NCBI GenBank assembly: GCA_946539175.1
Contig: CAMNHH010000001.1
Location: forward strand, 1-51,091
Length of the DNA stretch: 51,091 bases
Origin: an uncultured Clostridia bacterium
GTDB taxonomy: Bacteria > Bacillota > Clostridia > Oscillospirales > Oscillospiraceae
Direction of reading: 5' to 3'
Shown one piece after another: positions 33,558-41,841 of this stretch. Below the pieces are notes generated by a model. The model saw only the letters and a list, made by a program, of their open reading frames with translations, was not told the DNA's origin and made no database searches. Position 1 is the stretch's first letter, and each line of letters starts with the position of its first letter. Both the position numbers and the translations under genes were made by a program.

Positions 33558-34919
33558 TTACACGAGAGCGATTTCAATGGCTTCCCGGATGTTGCGTACC
33601 CGGAGAAGCTGCAATCCCCTGGGAGCGGCTATCGTTTCCGTGCCGTGCCTTGGGATGATGCACTTGGTAAAGCCCAGCCGGGCTATCTCCGCCAGACGCT
33701 GGTCCAGGTTGGAGATCATGCGGGTCTCCCCTGTCAAGCCCAGTTCTCCGATGGCGGTCAGATCCTCCGCCACAGGCAGATCCCGGAAGCTGGAGGCGAT
33801 GGCGATGGCCACCGGCAGATCGGAGCCGGGCTCGTCGATCCGCAGGCCGCCGATCACGTTCAGAAACAGATCGCAGTCAGACAGCCGCAGACCGCCCCGC
33901 TTTTCCAGCACGGCGATCAGCAGGGCCGCCCGATTGTAATCAAAACCGTCGGTGGTTCTGCGCGGAACGTTCAGAAAACTCCTGGTCACAAGGGCCTGGA
34001 CCTCCGCCAGCACAGGCCGTGTCCCCTCCATGGCGCAGGCCACGCAGGTCCCTGCGGTGCCCTTTGGGCGCCCCGCCAGCAGCACCTCGGATGGGTTCGG
34101 AATCTCCCGCAGGCCGGAGCTGACCATCTCAAAGACACCGATCTCATTGGTGGAGCCGAAACGGTTTTTTGCGGCCCGCAGCAGCCGGTATGGCCCGCTG
34201 CGCTCTCCCTCAAAGTATAGAACGCAGTCCACCATGTGCTCCAGTACCTTGGGCCCTGCGATGGAGCCCTCCTTATTGACGTGGCCAACCACAAACACCG
34301 TGATGCCGCTCTGCTTGGAGAGCTGCAGCAGGGCCATGGTGCAGTCCTTTACTTGGGAGATTCCGCCGGGAGATGTGGCGTTTTCAGAGGCGTACATGGT
34401 CTGGATAGAGTCCACGATCAGAATATTCGGCCGGATCTCGTTGGCCGCCCGCAGCACCTCATCCATATCTGTCTCCGCGTAGAGCAGCAGTTTTTCCGAG
34501 TTGACCCCAAGGCGTTCGGCCCGCATTTTTAACTGGCTTTCACTCTCCTCCCCGGAAACGTAAAGCACAGTCCGATCCCGGCAGAGCTCCTTACAGATCT
34601 GCAGCAGCAGAGTGGATTTGCCGATGCCGGGAGCGCCGCCCACAAGCACGAGAGAGCCTGTCACGGCACCGCCGCCCAGAACCCGGTCCAGTTCCCCCAG
34701 GCCGGTCAAAAAGCGCTGCTCGCTGCCTGAGAGGATCTGGGACAAATGCTTGGGCTTTCTCTCCGAACGCTCCGCGGCGGAAACCCGTTTGCCTGGCTTT
34801 GCGGGGGCCTCCACGTGCTCAGCCAGAGTGTTCCAGGCCCCGCAGGCTGGACATTTTCCCATCCACTGCAGAGTCTCGTTGCCGCAGTTGGTGCAGTAAT
34901 AAATCGTTTTTGTCTTCAT
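33558..34919 (-). CDS. radA: DNA repair protein RadA/Sms
   Basis: N-terminal zinc finger YYCTNCGNETLQWMGKCPACGAWNT, Walker A GGAPGIGKST, KNRFG motif, and a Lon-protease-like C-terminal domain. Confidence 0.95.
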   Translation of the reverse strand: MKTKTIYYCTNCGNETLQWMGKCPACGAWNTLAEHVEAPAKPGKRVSAAERSERKPKHLSQILSGSEQRFLTGLGELDRVLGGGAVTGSLVLVGGAPGIGKSTLLLQICKELCRDRTVLYVSGEESESQLKMRAERLGVNSEKLLLYAETDMDEVLRAANEIRPNILIVDSIQTMYASENATSPGGISQVKDCTMALLQLSKQSGITVFVVGHVNKEGSIAGPKVLEHMVDCVLYFEGERSGPYRLLRAAKNRFGSTNEIGVFEMVSSGLREIPNPSEVLLAGRPKGTAGTCVACAMEGTRPVLAEVQALVTRSFLNVPRRTTDGFDYNRAALLIAVLEKRGGLRLSDCDLFLNVIGGLRIDEPGSDLPVAIAIASSFRDLPVAEDLTAIGELGLTGETRMISNLDQRLAEIARLGFTKCIIPRHGTETIAAPRGLQLLRVRNIREAIEIALV

Positions 34920-34940
34920 AGTGCCTTCCCTTTCGAGGCT

Positions 34941-35663
34941 TCAGGTTTCTTTTTGCTCCTGCAAATGTGTCCACAATCCGGCGCATACGGCAGCGGCGAG
35001 CTTTTTTTGATAAGCCGCCGTCTGCAGCAGCGCTTCCTCCTCGGGATTGGAGAGGAAGCCGCATTCCACCAGCACGGCGGTGCAGTGGATGTGGGTCAGC
35101 AGATAGGCCGTTTGATTCTCCTTGGCCTTTCGGTGATTGCCGGGGTCCAGGGACCTGCGCAGGAGCTCCTGGATTGTCTCCGCCAAGGTCCGGCTGCCGG
35201 AAGAATCCCGGTAGAACACCTGGGCGCCCCGGTATTTGGACTGGGAGAACATGTTTTGATGGATGCTGATCAGCAGGGCGTTGGGGGTCTGCTCCACCAG
35301 TCGCACCCGGTTTTTCAGATCGGATATCTTCTTCTCCGAAACGGTACGAGCCTCCGGGCTGAAAATGGAAAGATCGGTCCGCCTGGTCATTACGGTGGGG
35401 ATCCCCACGAAGTCCAACAGATCCCGCAGCCGAAGACTCGTCTCCAGATTGAGATCGCTTTCCTTGACCCCGCCGGGAGAGACCGCGCCCCCGTCCTCCC
35501 CGCCGTGACCGGGATCCACCACCACCGTAGGCAGGAGGGCGGGCAGTTCCGCTGACGCCGTCCGGGCCAGAAGGCCGACAGCCCGGGAAGTAAGGACAGC
35601 ACACGCCAGCACAACCGAAAGAGAAAACAGATAGAGCGGAATCATCCGCTTGACAGCCTGCAT
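34941..35663 (-). CDS. cwlD: N-acetylmuramoyl-L-alanine amidase (Amidase_3), CwlD-like
   Basis: N-terminal membrane anchor, VVVDPGHGGEDGGAV, LISIHQN and ECGFLSNPEE motifs. The size and the sporulation-gene neighbourhood fit germination-specific CwlD. Confidence 0.78.
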   Translation of the reverse strand: MQAVKRMIPLYLFSLSVVLACAVLTSRAVGLLARTASAELPALLPTVVVDPGHGGEDGGAVSPGGVKESDLNLETSLRLRDLLDFVGIPTVMTRRTDLSIFSPEARTVSEKKISDLKNRVRLVEQTPNALLISIHQNMFSQSKYRGAQVFYRDSSGSRTLAETIQELLRRSLDPGNHRKAKENQTAYLLTHIHCTAVLVECGFLSNPEEEALLQTAAYQKKLAAAVCAGLWTHLQEQKET

Positions 35664-35805
35664 TATACCACCTCACGGCAGTCTATGCGCGACGCAGGCA
35701 AAGCATTCTGAAACCAGTATAACACAAAAAAGCGGTTTTGCATAGAATAAGTTTGAAAACGTCAAAAATTGACGGTTTCAATTTCAAATATCGGGAGGAA
35801 TCCGA

Positions 35806-36246
35806 ATGGATCATAAAATGAACCGCGGGTGCATGGGCGTATTGCCTGCCAGCGCGCCCCTGGCCAATCCCTATGTGCCCTTCCAGGAGAAGGATCCGCC
35901 TCAATACACGGCAACGGTCGGTTTGGTCCGCGGCACCCTGTTCCCGGGCCTGGACCTTCCCTTCCTGGGCATGGTCAACACGGAGGAAAAGTCCGATACC
36001 ATAATGCATCAGCTGCAGGCCCTGGGCTTTGCCATTCAGGAGCTGGGACTGTATCTGGATACCCACGGCGACGATCGAGAGGCAGCGGAGCTGTTCCGCC
36101 AATACACGGAGCTTTACAAGGCCGGGATGGCCGGGTATCAGGAGAACTGCGGGCCGCTGTTCCAGCAACAGGCAATCCGGGACGGCGCCTACAGCTGGAA
36201 CGACAGCCCATGGCCCTGGGAATATCGAGCGAATCGGGAGGATTGA
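35806..36246 (+). CDS. CotJA-CotJB fusion protein (spore coat associated)
   Basis: N-terminal LANPYVPFQ...Y...GLVRGTLFPGLDLPF (CotJA signature) is followed in the same ORF by FAIQELGLYLDTHGDD...GPL...SPWPWEY (CotJB signature). RBS GGGAGGA. Confidence 0.72.
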   Translation: MDHKMNRGCMGVLPASAPLANPYVPFQEKDPPQYTATVGLVRGTLFPGLDLPFLGMVNTEEKSDTIMHQLQALGFAIQELGLYLDTHGDDREAAELFRQYTELYKAGMAGYQENCGPLFQQQAIRDGAYSWNDSPWPWEYRANRED

Positions 36247-36248
36247 CT

Positions 36249-36842
36249 ATGTTCGTATATGAAAAGAAGCTTCAATACCCCGTGAAAATCGCTGCGGTCA
36301 ACCCCAAGCTGGCCGCTGTCATCATCAGCCAATACGGTGGCCCGGACGGGGAACTGGGCGCTTCCCTGCGTTACTTGAGCCAGCGCTATTCCATGCCCTA
36401 CCCGGAGCTGCGGGGTCTGCTGACCGACATCGGAACGGAGGAGCTGGGACATCTGGAGATGGTGGGTGCCATTGTCCATCAGTTGACCCGGAAGCTGACG
36501 GAGGATCAGATCCGGTCCGATGGCTTCGCTCCCTACTTTGTGGACCACACGGCGGGGGTCTACCCCACCGCAGCCTCCGGTTTCCCCTGGTCTGCTGCCT
36601 CTATGCAGGTGAAAGGCGACCCCATTGCTGACCTCACAGAGGATCTGGCCGCGGAACAGAAGGCCCGTGTCACCTACGACAACATTCTTCGGCTTTCTGA
36701 CGACCCAGACGTAAACGACGTAATCAAGTTCCTGCGGGAGCGGGAAATCGTCCACTTCCAGCGCTTCGGTGAAGCTCTGCAGAATCTGCGGGAGCGTCTG
36801 GATCAGCGGAACGTCTACTATATGAATCCGGCCTTCGACTGA
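36249..36842 (+). CDS. cotJC: Spore coat protein CotJC (manganese catalase / ferritin-like family)
   Basis: MFVYEKKLQYPVKI N-terminus, GELGASLRYLSQRYS, EELGHLEMV. ATG 36249 follows GGGAGGA, 2 nt after the upstream stop. Confidence 0.9.
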   Translation: MFVYEKKLQYPVKIAAVNPKLAAVIISQYGGPDGELGASLRYLSQRYSMPYPELRGLLTDIGTEELGHLEMVGAIVHQLTRKLTEDQIRSDGFAPYFVDHTAGVYPTAASGFPWSAASMQVKGDPIADLTEDLAAEQKARVTYDNILRLSDDPDVNDVIKFLREREIVHFQRFGEALQNLRERLDQRNVYYMNPAFD

Positions 36843-36850
36843 ATGTGATA

Positions 36851-36885
36851 AAATACCCGGGACAGCTTTCGCTTCCCGGGTATTT
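36851..36885. terminator. Bidirectional terminator between cotJC and tspO
   Basis: AAATACCCGGGA-(11 nt loop)-TCCCGGGTATTT, a 12-bp stem between convergent genes. Confidence 0.72.
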
Positions 36886-36887
36886 CC

Positions 36888-37382
36888 CTATCCGTTAAGT
36901 CTCCAGACTCCGTAATTGAGCCACGCCGCGAAGGCTACCCAAAGGACGTAGGGAATCTGCAGCAGGGCGGCGGGCCGGTCCACCCGGCGGAAGCGAAGGA
37001 TCATCCAGACGATCAACGCCAGCAGCAACAGCAGCACGATGAGCGCGCCGCCGTAGGATCGGAGCTGAAAGAAAATGATGCTCCAGGCGAAATTCACCGC
37101 CAGCTGCAGCAAATAGACCTGAATCGCGTCGCTGCGTTCCTCGCTGCGGGCCGAGAGCACCACCCGCGCCATGCCGATGCCCATCAGAGCGTATAAAAGT
37201 CCCCATACGATGGGAAATACAATGGGCGGCGGAGAAATGGCCGGCTTTACCACCTGTGTCTTGTAGAGCTCCATGCCTTCCCGGGTCAGCCAGCTGACCA
37301 GGCCGCCCACCGCCTCCGCGGATAAGATCCAAAACAGATAGGTCCATAGTCTTCGATGCTTCAATTTGATCACCCGAAGCAA
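36888..37382 (-). CDS. tspO: TspO/MBR family tryptophan-rich sensory protein
   Basis: Five TM helices. KP..SPPPIVFPIVWGLLYALMG and the W-rich C-terminal YVLWVAFAAWLNYGVWRLN. Start uncertain (TTG 37382). Confidence 0.8.
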   Translation of the reverse strand: MLRVIKLKHRRLWTYLFWILSAEAVGGLVSWLTREGMELYKTQVVKPAISPPPIVFPIVWGLLYALMGIGMARVVLSARSEERSDAIQVYLLQLAVNFAWSIIFFQLRSYGGALIVLLLLLALIVWMILRFRRVDRPAALLQIPYVLWVAFAAWLNYGVWRLNG

Positions 37383-37411
37383 GTATATGCGAAAACCAGA
37401 GAAATATAAGC

Positions 37412-37441
37412 GCCGCGCCCCGTTTTTTTACGGGACGCGGC
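37412..37441 (-). terminator. Hairpin after the CapD-like gene
   Basis: GCCGCGCCCCG / CGGGACGCGGC, an 11-bp stem with one mismatch, immediately 3' of the stop at 37448. Only a modest T-rich tail on the minus strand. Confidence 0.45.
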
Positions 37442-37447
37442 AGGGCT

Positions 37448-39316
37448 TTATACAGCCACGGGGGCCTTGTGATAGGTTTTAACAATCTGCGCCACCTGCT
37501 CCCGGATCTCGGGACTGTTGGCCTCGCAGGCCTCGTAGAGGCGCACAAGCTGCTTCTGGAAACGTTCTTCATCGATCTCAAGGGGCTTGCCGATGTGGAT
37601 CAGCTCGTTCTCCGTGGTCCGAAGCCCTTCCTCCTTCATCAGCATCTCCTCGTAGAGCTTCTCACCGGGACGCAGGCCTGTGTATCGGATTTCAATATCT
37701 ACGTCCGGCTCAAAGCCGGAGAGTCGGATCATATTCCGGGCCAGGTCGTCAATGCGGACAGGCTCGCCCATATCCAGCACGAAGATCTCACCGCGCTTCG
37801 CCAGGGCGCCTGCCTGGAGCACGAGAGAGACAGCCTCCGGGATGGTCATAAAATAGCGAATGATGTCCTTGTGGGTCACGGTGACGGGGCCGCCCTCCGC
37901 GATCTGTTTCTTGAACAGGGGAATCACGCTGCCGTTGCTGCCCAGCACGTTTCCGAAGCGGACCGCCACAAACACGGTATCTGAGCGGTTGGACATGGTT
38001 TGGACAATCATCTCACAAATCCGCTTGCTGGCGCCCATGATATTGGTGGGGTTGACCGCCTTATCCGTGGAGATCAGAACAAATTTGCTGGCGTGATACT
38101 CATCTGCTGCCATGGCCACGTTCAACGTGCCGAAGACATTGTTTTTGATGGCCTCGTTGGGGCTCTCCTCCATCAGCGGCACATGCTTGTGGGCCGCTGC
38201 ATGGAACACCAGGTCGGGATGATACTGGGAGAACACCAGCTCCACCCGGTCCTTGTCCCGAACGGATCCGATCAAGGTGGTCAGAGTCAGATCCGGGAAG
38301 CCTCGGCGCAGCTCCTGCTGGATGTCATAGGCATTATTCTCGTAAATATCGAAGATAATCAGGCGCTTCGGATCATACTTCGCAATTTGACGGCAGAGCT
38401 CGCTGCCAATGGAACCGCCGCCCCCGGTGACCAGAACGGTCTTACCCTTGATGTAGGCGGAAATACCGGAGAGGTCCACGTTCACGCTGTCTCGTCCCAG
38501 CAGATCCAGCACGTCCACGTCCCGCATCTTTTGCAGGGTGACCTCGCCGTTTGCCAGCTGGAAAATGCCGGGCAGGGTCCTAAGACTGCACTTGGTCTGC
38601 TGGCAGAGGGCCAGAATCTCCCGTTTATCCTTGGCTGAGGCGGTGGGGATGGCCAGAACGATTTCGTCGATCCGGTACTTCTCAACCACTGCCTTGATGT
38701 CAAAGCGATTTCCGACGATCTTGACGCCCCGCAGATAGCTGCCCCGCTTGGTATAATCGTCGTCCACGATGCAGATCACCTTGTTGGCGGACTTCACGCT
38801 GGTCTGAAATTCCCGCAGGGCCATGGCGCCCGCGTTGCCGCCGCCGATCAGGAGTGTACGGCGCTTTACCGGTTCATTTTCCGGCCGTATCTTGGAGCGA
38901 AGCAGACGATAGCTGATCCTGGACAAACCCACGAATGCGATCAGAAGAATACCGCTGATCAGCGGATAGCTCACAGGGAAATCCGTCAGCGTGCCGAACT
39001 GATTTACGATAAACTTCAAAATACTAACCAGCGCGCCGGCCAGAACGATGTGCATCAGCTCGTCCACGCTGGCAAACTGCCAGAGACTGTTATACAGCTT
39101 GAAGGGGATAAAGACCAGTATGGTAAGGATGCTGCTGACGACAGAATAGTTGACGATGTAGCTCATGTAATTGCGATACATCATCCTGCTCCAGTTGAAG
39201 TTTTCCAGCAGCAACAGCGCCAGGATCGAAGCCAGATTGATGAGAAGCAGATCCAGCACCACCAAAAAGGCGATCCGAATCGGCTTTTTATCCCAAGCGT
39301 TTATTTTGCGTTTCAT
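37448..39316 (-). CDS. CapD/PglF/WbpM-type membrane-anchored NDP-sugar 4,6-dehydratase (polysaccharide biosynthesis protein)
   Basis: Four N-terminal TM helices, first Rossmann LLIGGGNAGA, second VLVTGGGGSIGSEL, SDR-type catalytic region. Confidence 0.9.
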   Translation of the reverse strand: MKRKINAWDKKPIRIAFLVVLDLLLINLASILALLLLENFNWSRMMYRNYMSYIVNYSVVSSILTILVFIPFKLYNSLWQFASVDELMHIVLAGALVSILKFIVNQFGTLTDFPVSYPLISGILLIAFVGLSRISYRLLRSKIRPENEPVKRRTLLIGGGNAGAMALREFQTSVKSANKVICIVDDDYTKRGSYLRGVKIVGNRFDIKAVVEKYRIDEIVLAIPTASAKDKREILALCQQTKCSLRTLPGIFQLANGEVTLQKMRDVDVLDLLGRDSVNVDLSGISAYIKGKTVLVTGGGGSIGSELCRQIAKYDPKRLIIFDIYENNAYDIQQELRRGFPDLTLTTLIGSVRDKDRVELVFSQYHPDLVFHAAAHKHVPLMEESPNEAIKNNVFGTLNVAMAADEYHASKFVLISTDKAVNPTNIMGASKRICEMIVQTMSNRSDTVFVAVRFGNVLGSNGSVIPLFKKQIAEGGPVTVTHKDIIRYFMTIPEAVSLVLQAGALAKRGEIFVLDMGEPVRIDDLARNMIRLSGFEPDVDIEIRYTGLRPGEKLYEEMLMKEEGLRTTENELIHIGKPLEIDEERFQKQLVRLYEACEANSPEIREQVAQIVKTYHKAPVAV

Positions 39317-39320
39317 TGGT

Positions 39321-39830
39321 TCACTTCCTGTTTGTTTTGCCGTGGGTCACGCGGAAAAGACCGCGGCGGAGTTTTCCTGCCGCATGAAAGACCCGAATCA
39401 ATGGCCCTCTGCACGGAAACAGCCAGACCCAGATCCGGACCCAGACACGGTATCCTGTTTGCCGGACGGAGAATTGCTTGTCCTTCCGCTGCACCCATGT
39501 GACCAGACCAATCATCTGCTCCGGTCGGACCGCTTCTTTCTGGTGCTGGTGGTCACCGCAGCAGAAAAAAACGCCGTTGTGTGAGACGGAAACGATCCTG
39601 TGCAGCACGAACTGTCCGTTGTCCCGCCGATACAGAGGAAGATCTCCGGTCTTCAGCGGCGCCCGGACGGCCTCCAGAATCACTGAATCCCGATCAGGCA
39701 ACAGGGTGGGGTAATTGCTGACGCCGGTCACCGGCAGCCAGAAGCCCTTCCCTTCCCGGAAGGCCTCCTGCATCCGTGGAAGCAGCTCTTCCAGCGTATA
39801 CTCCGGCAGCTTCTGTTCCGGATCATTCAT
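39321..39830 (-). CDS. SipW/Sec11-like (S26B, Ser/His-type) peptidase homologue lacking an N-terminal anchor
   Basis: ORF 39321..39902 trimmed to ATG 39830. Motifs VTGVSNYPTL (Ser box), KTGDLPLY, FVLHRIVSV (His in the position of the SPase Lys, as in SipW VTHRIV), CCGDHQHQ. No TM helix before the Ser box. Confidence 0.62.
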   Translation of the reverse strand: MNDPEQKLPEYTLEELLPRMQEAFREGKGFWLPVTGVSNYPTLLPDRDSVILEAVRAPLKTGDLPLYRRDNGQFVLHRIVSVSHNGVFFCCGDHQHQKEAVRPEQMIGLVTWVQRKDKQFSVRQTGYRVWVRIWVWLFPCRGPLIRVFHAAGKLRRGLFRVTHGKTNRK

Positions 39831-40092
39831 CCAGACAGCCTGCCTCCTGCAGCGCGGCGATGAATTCCCGGGCGCTCTGCCGGGCGGTGGGCTCGTCCAC
39901 ATCGGTGTAGCGCTCCAGAATGTCTGCGGTCAGCCGGTCCTCGTCGGAGCCCTGCTCCAATCTGGTCCAGAGAAAAGCGCCGCTCTCGTTCAGATTGATG
40001 ATTCCGTTGAATTCTGTGGTCCGTTTGCCGACGGCAACCACGATCTTAGCCCCGGCAATGTCGCGAAGCTTAAAACCGGATTTGATCTTCAT
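39823..40092 (-). CDS. PqqD-family (RRE-like) small protein
   Basis: 89 aa. The pattern FKLRDIAG...VAVG......NGIINLNESGAFLWTRLEQG.....L...ILERYDVDE..A..S..EFI..L.EAG is typical of PqqD-like peptide-binding domains. Confidence 0.75.
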   Translation of the reverse strand: MKIKSGFKLRDIAGAKIVVAVGKRTTEFNGIINLNESGAFLWTRLEQGSDEDRLTADILERYTDVDEPTARQSAREFIAALQEAGCLDE

Positions 40093-40123
40093 GTTACGAT
40101 TTCTCGCTTTCTGATGAAATGAA

Positions 40124-41014
40124 TTATGCTTTGGGGTGGAATTTGTTGTAAACAGATTTCAGATTTTGCTTGACGATCTGCGCATAGATCTGGGTGGAAG
40201 AAATGTCGCTGTGCCCCAGCATCTCCTGAATAGACTTCAGATCGGCGCCGTTTTCCAGCAGGTGCGCCGCAAAGCTGTGGCGCAGGGTGTGAGGCGTAAT
40301 GTCCTTTTGGATATTGGCGGTCTGCTGATAATGCTTGATGATCTTCCAGAAGCCCTGGCGTGACATCCGCTCTCCGCTGAGATTGACGAAAACGGCCTGC
40401 TCCGTGGGATCTGCGATCATGCTGGGACGAATCTGATTCATATAAGTCTGCAGAGCGCGAATGGCTGCCGGATAAAGGGGGATCATCCGGGATTTGCCGT
40501 TAGAAGCGCAGCGAATAAAGCCGGCTGGAACGTTCACGTCCTCCACGTTCAGAGAAATCAGCTCACTGACCCGGATCCCGGTGGCGTAAAGCAGCTCCAG
40601 CATAGCCTTGTCCCGGAAGCCCTTCGGATCGGTACACTGGGGCTGCTCCAGAAGCAGCTCCACCTCCCGACCGGTCAGAATCTGGGGCAGCTTCTTTTCA
40701 ACCTTGGCCAGGTGGATGGCTTTGACCGGGTTGGACTCCAGGATCCCGCTGGTGACAAGGTAGCCGTAAAACCCCTTGATGGAGGCCAGGCTGCGGGTCA
40801 CCGTGGCGGAGGATTTGCCGCAGTTGGTCAGCCAGGCAAAGTAGACCGTGGATTGATCCCCTGTGACCTGCTCCAGAGAGCAGCCGAGATTCGCAGAAAC
40901 GTAAGTATCAAATTGTTTCAAATCCCGTATGTAAGAGGCCACCGTATTGGCGGAGGCGTGTTTCACCTCAAGAAGGTAGCTTTCATACAGATTGATGTAA
41001 TCCGTCATATTCAA
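40124..41014 (-). CDS. xerD: Tyrosine recombinase XerD
   Basis: ELLYATGIRVSELISL, HTLRHSFAAHLLENGADLKSIQEMLGHSDISSTQIY and a C-terminal HPKA tail typical of XerD. Confidence 0.85.
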   Translation of the reverse strand: MNMTDYINLYESYLLEVKHASANTVASYIRDLKQFDTYVSANLGCSLEQVTGDQSTVYFAWLTNCGKSSATVTRSLASIKGFYGYLVTSGILESNPVKAIHLAKVEKKLPQILTGREVELLLEQPQCTDPKGFRDKAMLELLYATGIRVSELISLNVEDVNVPAGFIRCASNGKSRMIPLYPAAIRALQTYMNQIRPSMIADPTEQAVFVNLSGERMSRQGFWKIIKHYQQTANIQKDITPHTLRHSFAAHLLENGADLKSIQEMLGHSDISSTQIYAQIVKQNLKSVYNKFHPKA

Positions 41015-41038
41015 TCGCTCTTTCGTCAGATCGAAATA

Positions 41039-41533
41039 TCATAGAAACGTCAGCATAAGAGGGCCGAAGCAGGATGAAGCAAGCAATGGGACCGCGAGCC
41101 ACAGCTCCGGGAAACCATCGTCCGTCTCGGCAGCCCAAACCGATCCCACCATAAGATGCAGGGGTAAAGGCAGAACGCGCTCCAGCAAAACCATAAGCAA
41201 AAGCTCGCGGCGGGTGAGCAGGCCGGAGATCGCAAAAACGCAGAGGGAAAAGGAAACCGCAAATCCTCTGCCGAAAAACAACAGGCGGAACAGAGATTTG
41301 TCACGCAGGGTCAGCGCCCCCAGCAGCAGCATCGGAAACAGCAGCGCTCTGAACCACATTCGGAGCAGCGGCAAGGATCGAAGCTGCGGCAAAAAGGACA
41401 CGTTCAAAACACATTCAGACCGCTTCGCGCAGAACGCGCCCATCAGTGAGCCCAGCAAAAGAAACGCCAGGAGTCGGTGCTGTTCCAGCCGATTGAAGCG
41501 AAACCCGCCGGTGAACACCCGCAATTGTGCCAT
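41039..41533 (-). CDS. SpoIIM-like integral membrane protein (tentative)
   Basis: 4-5 TM helices. LFFGRGFAVSFSLCVF and VLLERVLPLPLHLMVGSVWA resemble the SpoIIM FLKGVVVGF / LPQNLLLIPAYL blocks. Adjacent to xerD, as I recall spoIIM is in Bacillus. ATG 41533 follows GGAGGA. Confidence 0.42.
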   Translation of the reverse strand: MAQLRVFTGGFRFNRLEQHRLLAFLLLGSLMGAFCAKRSECVLNVSFLPQLRSLPLLRMWFRALLFPMLLLGALTLRDKSLFRLLFFGRGFAVSFSLCVFAISGLLTRRELLLMVLLERVLPLPLHLMVGSVWAAETDDGFPELWLAVPLLASSCFGPLMLTFL

Positions 41534-41841
41534 AGCATCCTCCGAAAACAAGATATTGTGTCGGGTACGGTGTCAGAGCACAAATTAGCAAATGGCGTTA
41601 TTTTGACCAATAATCCAATCGTGATGCTCTGTTACTATACTCGAAAACAGGCGATTTTTCAAGCCCTTTTATGGAAAGACTAAAATTTTGTTAATTATTG
41701 ACATATATTATGTAAATTGCGTTATGTTAACTATTGAACCAAATCAATCCATAGTGCCGCAAACACCTGTCAAGACCCCAGATGTTGATTCAGGTTTCGC
41801 GAATCCGGGATAAATTCGCATGGTCAATAAGCACAAACACG

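Noticed and set aside
35829-36248. 5' extension of the cotJC reading frame (ORF 35829-36842) overlapping the cotJA-cotJB fusion.
   Set aside because: CotJC homology starts at MFVYEKKLQYPV (ATG 36249, with its own GGGAGGA RBS). The extension is Pro/Gly/Arg-rich out-of-frame read-through.
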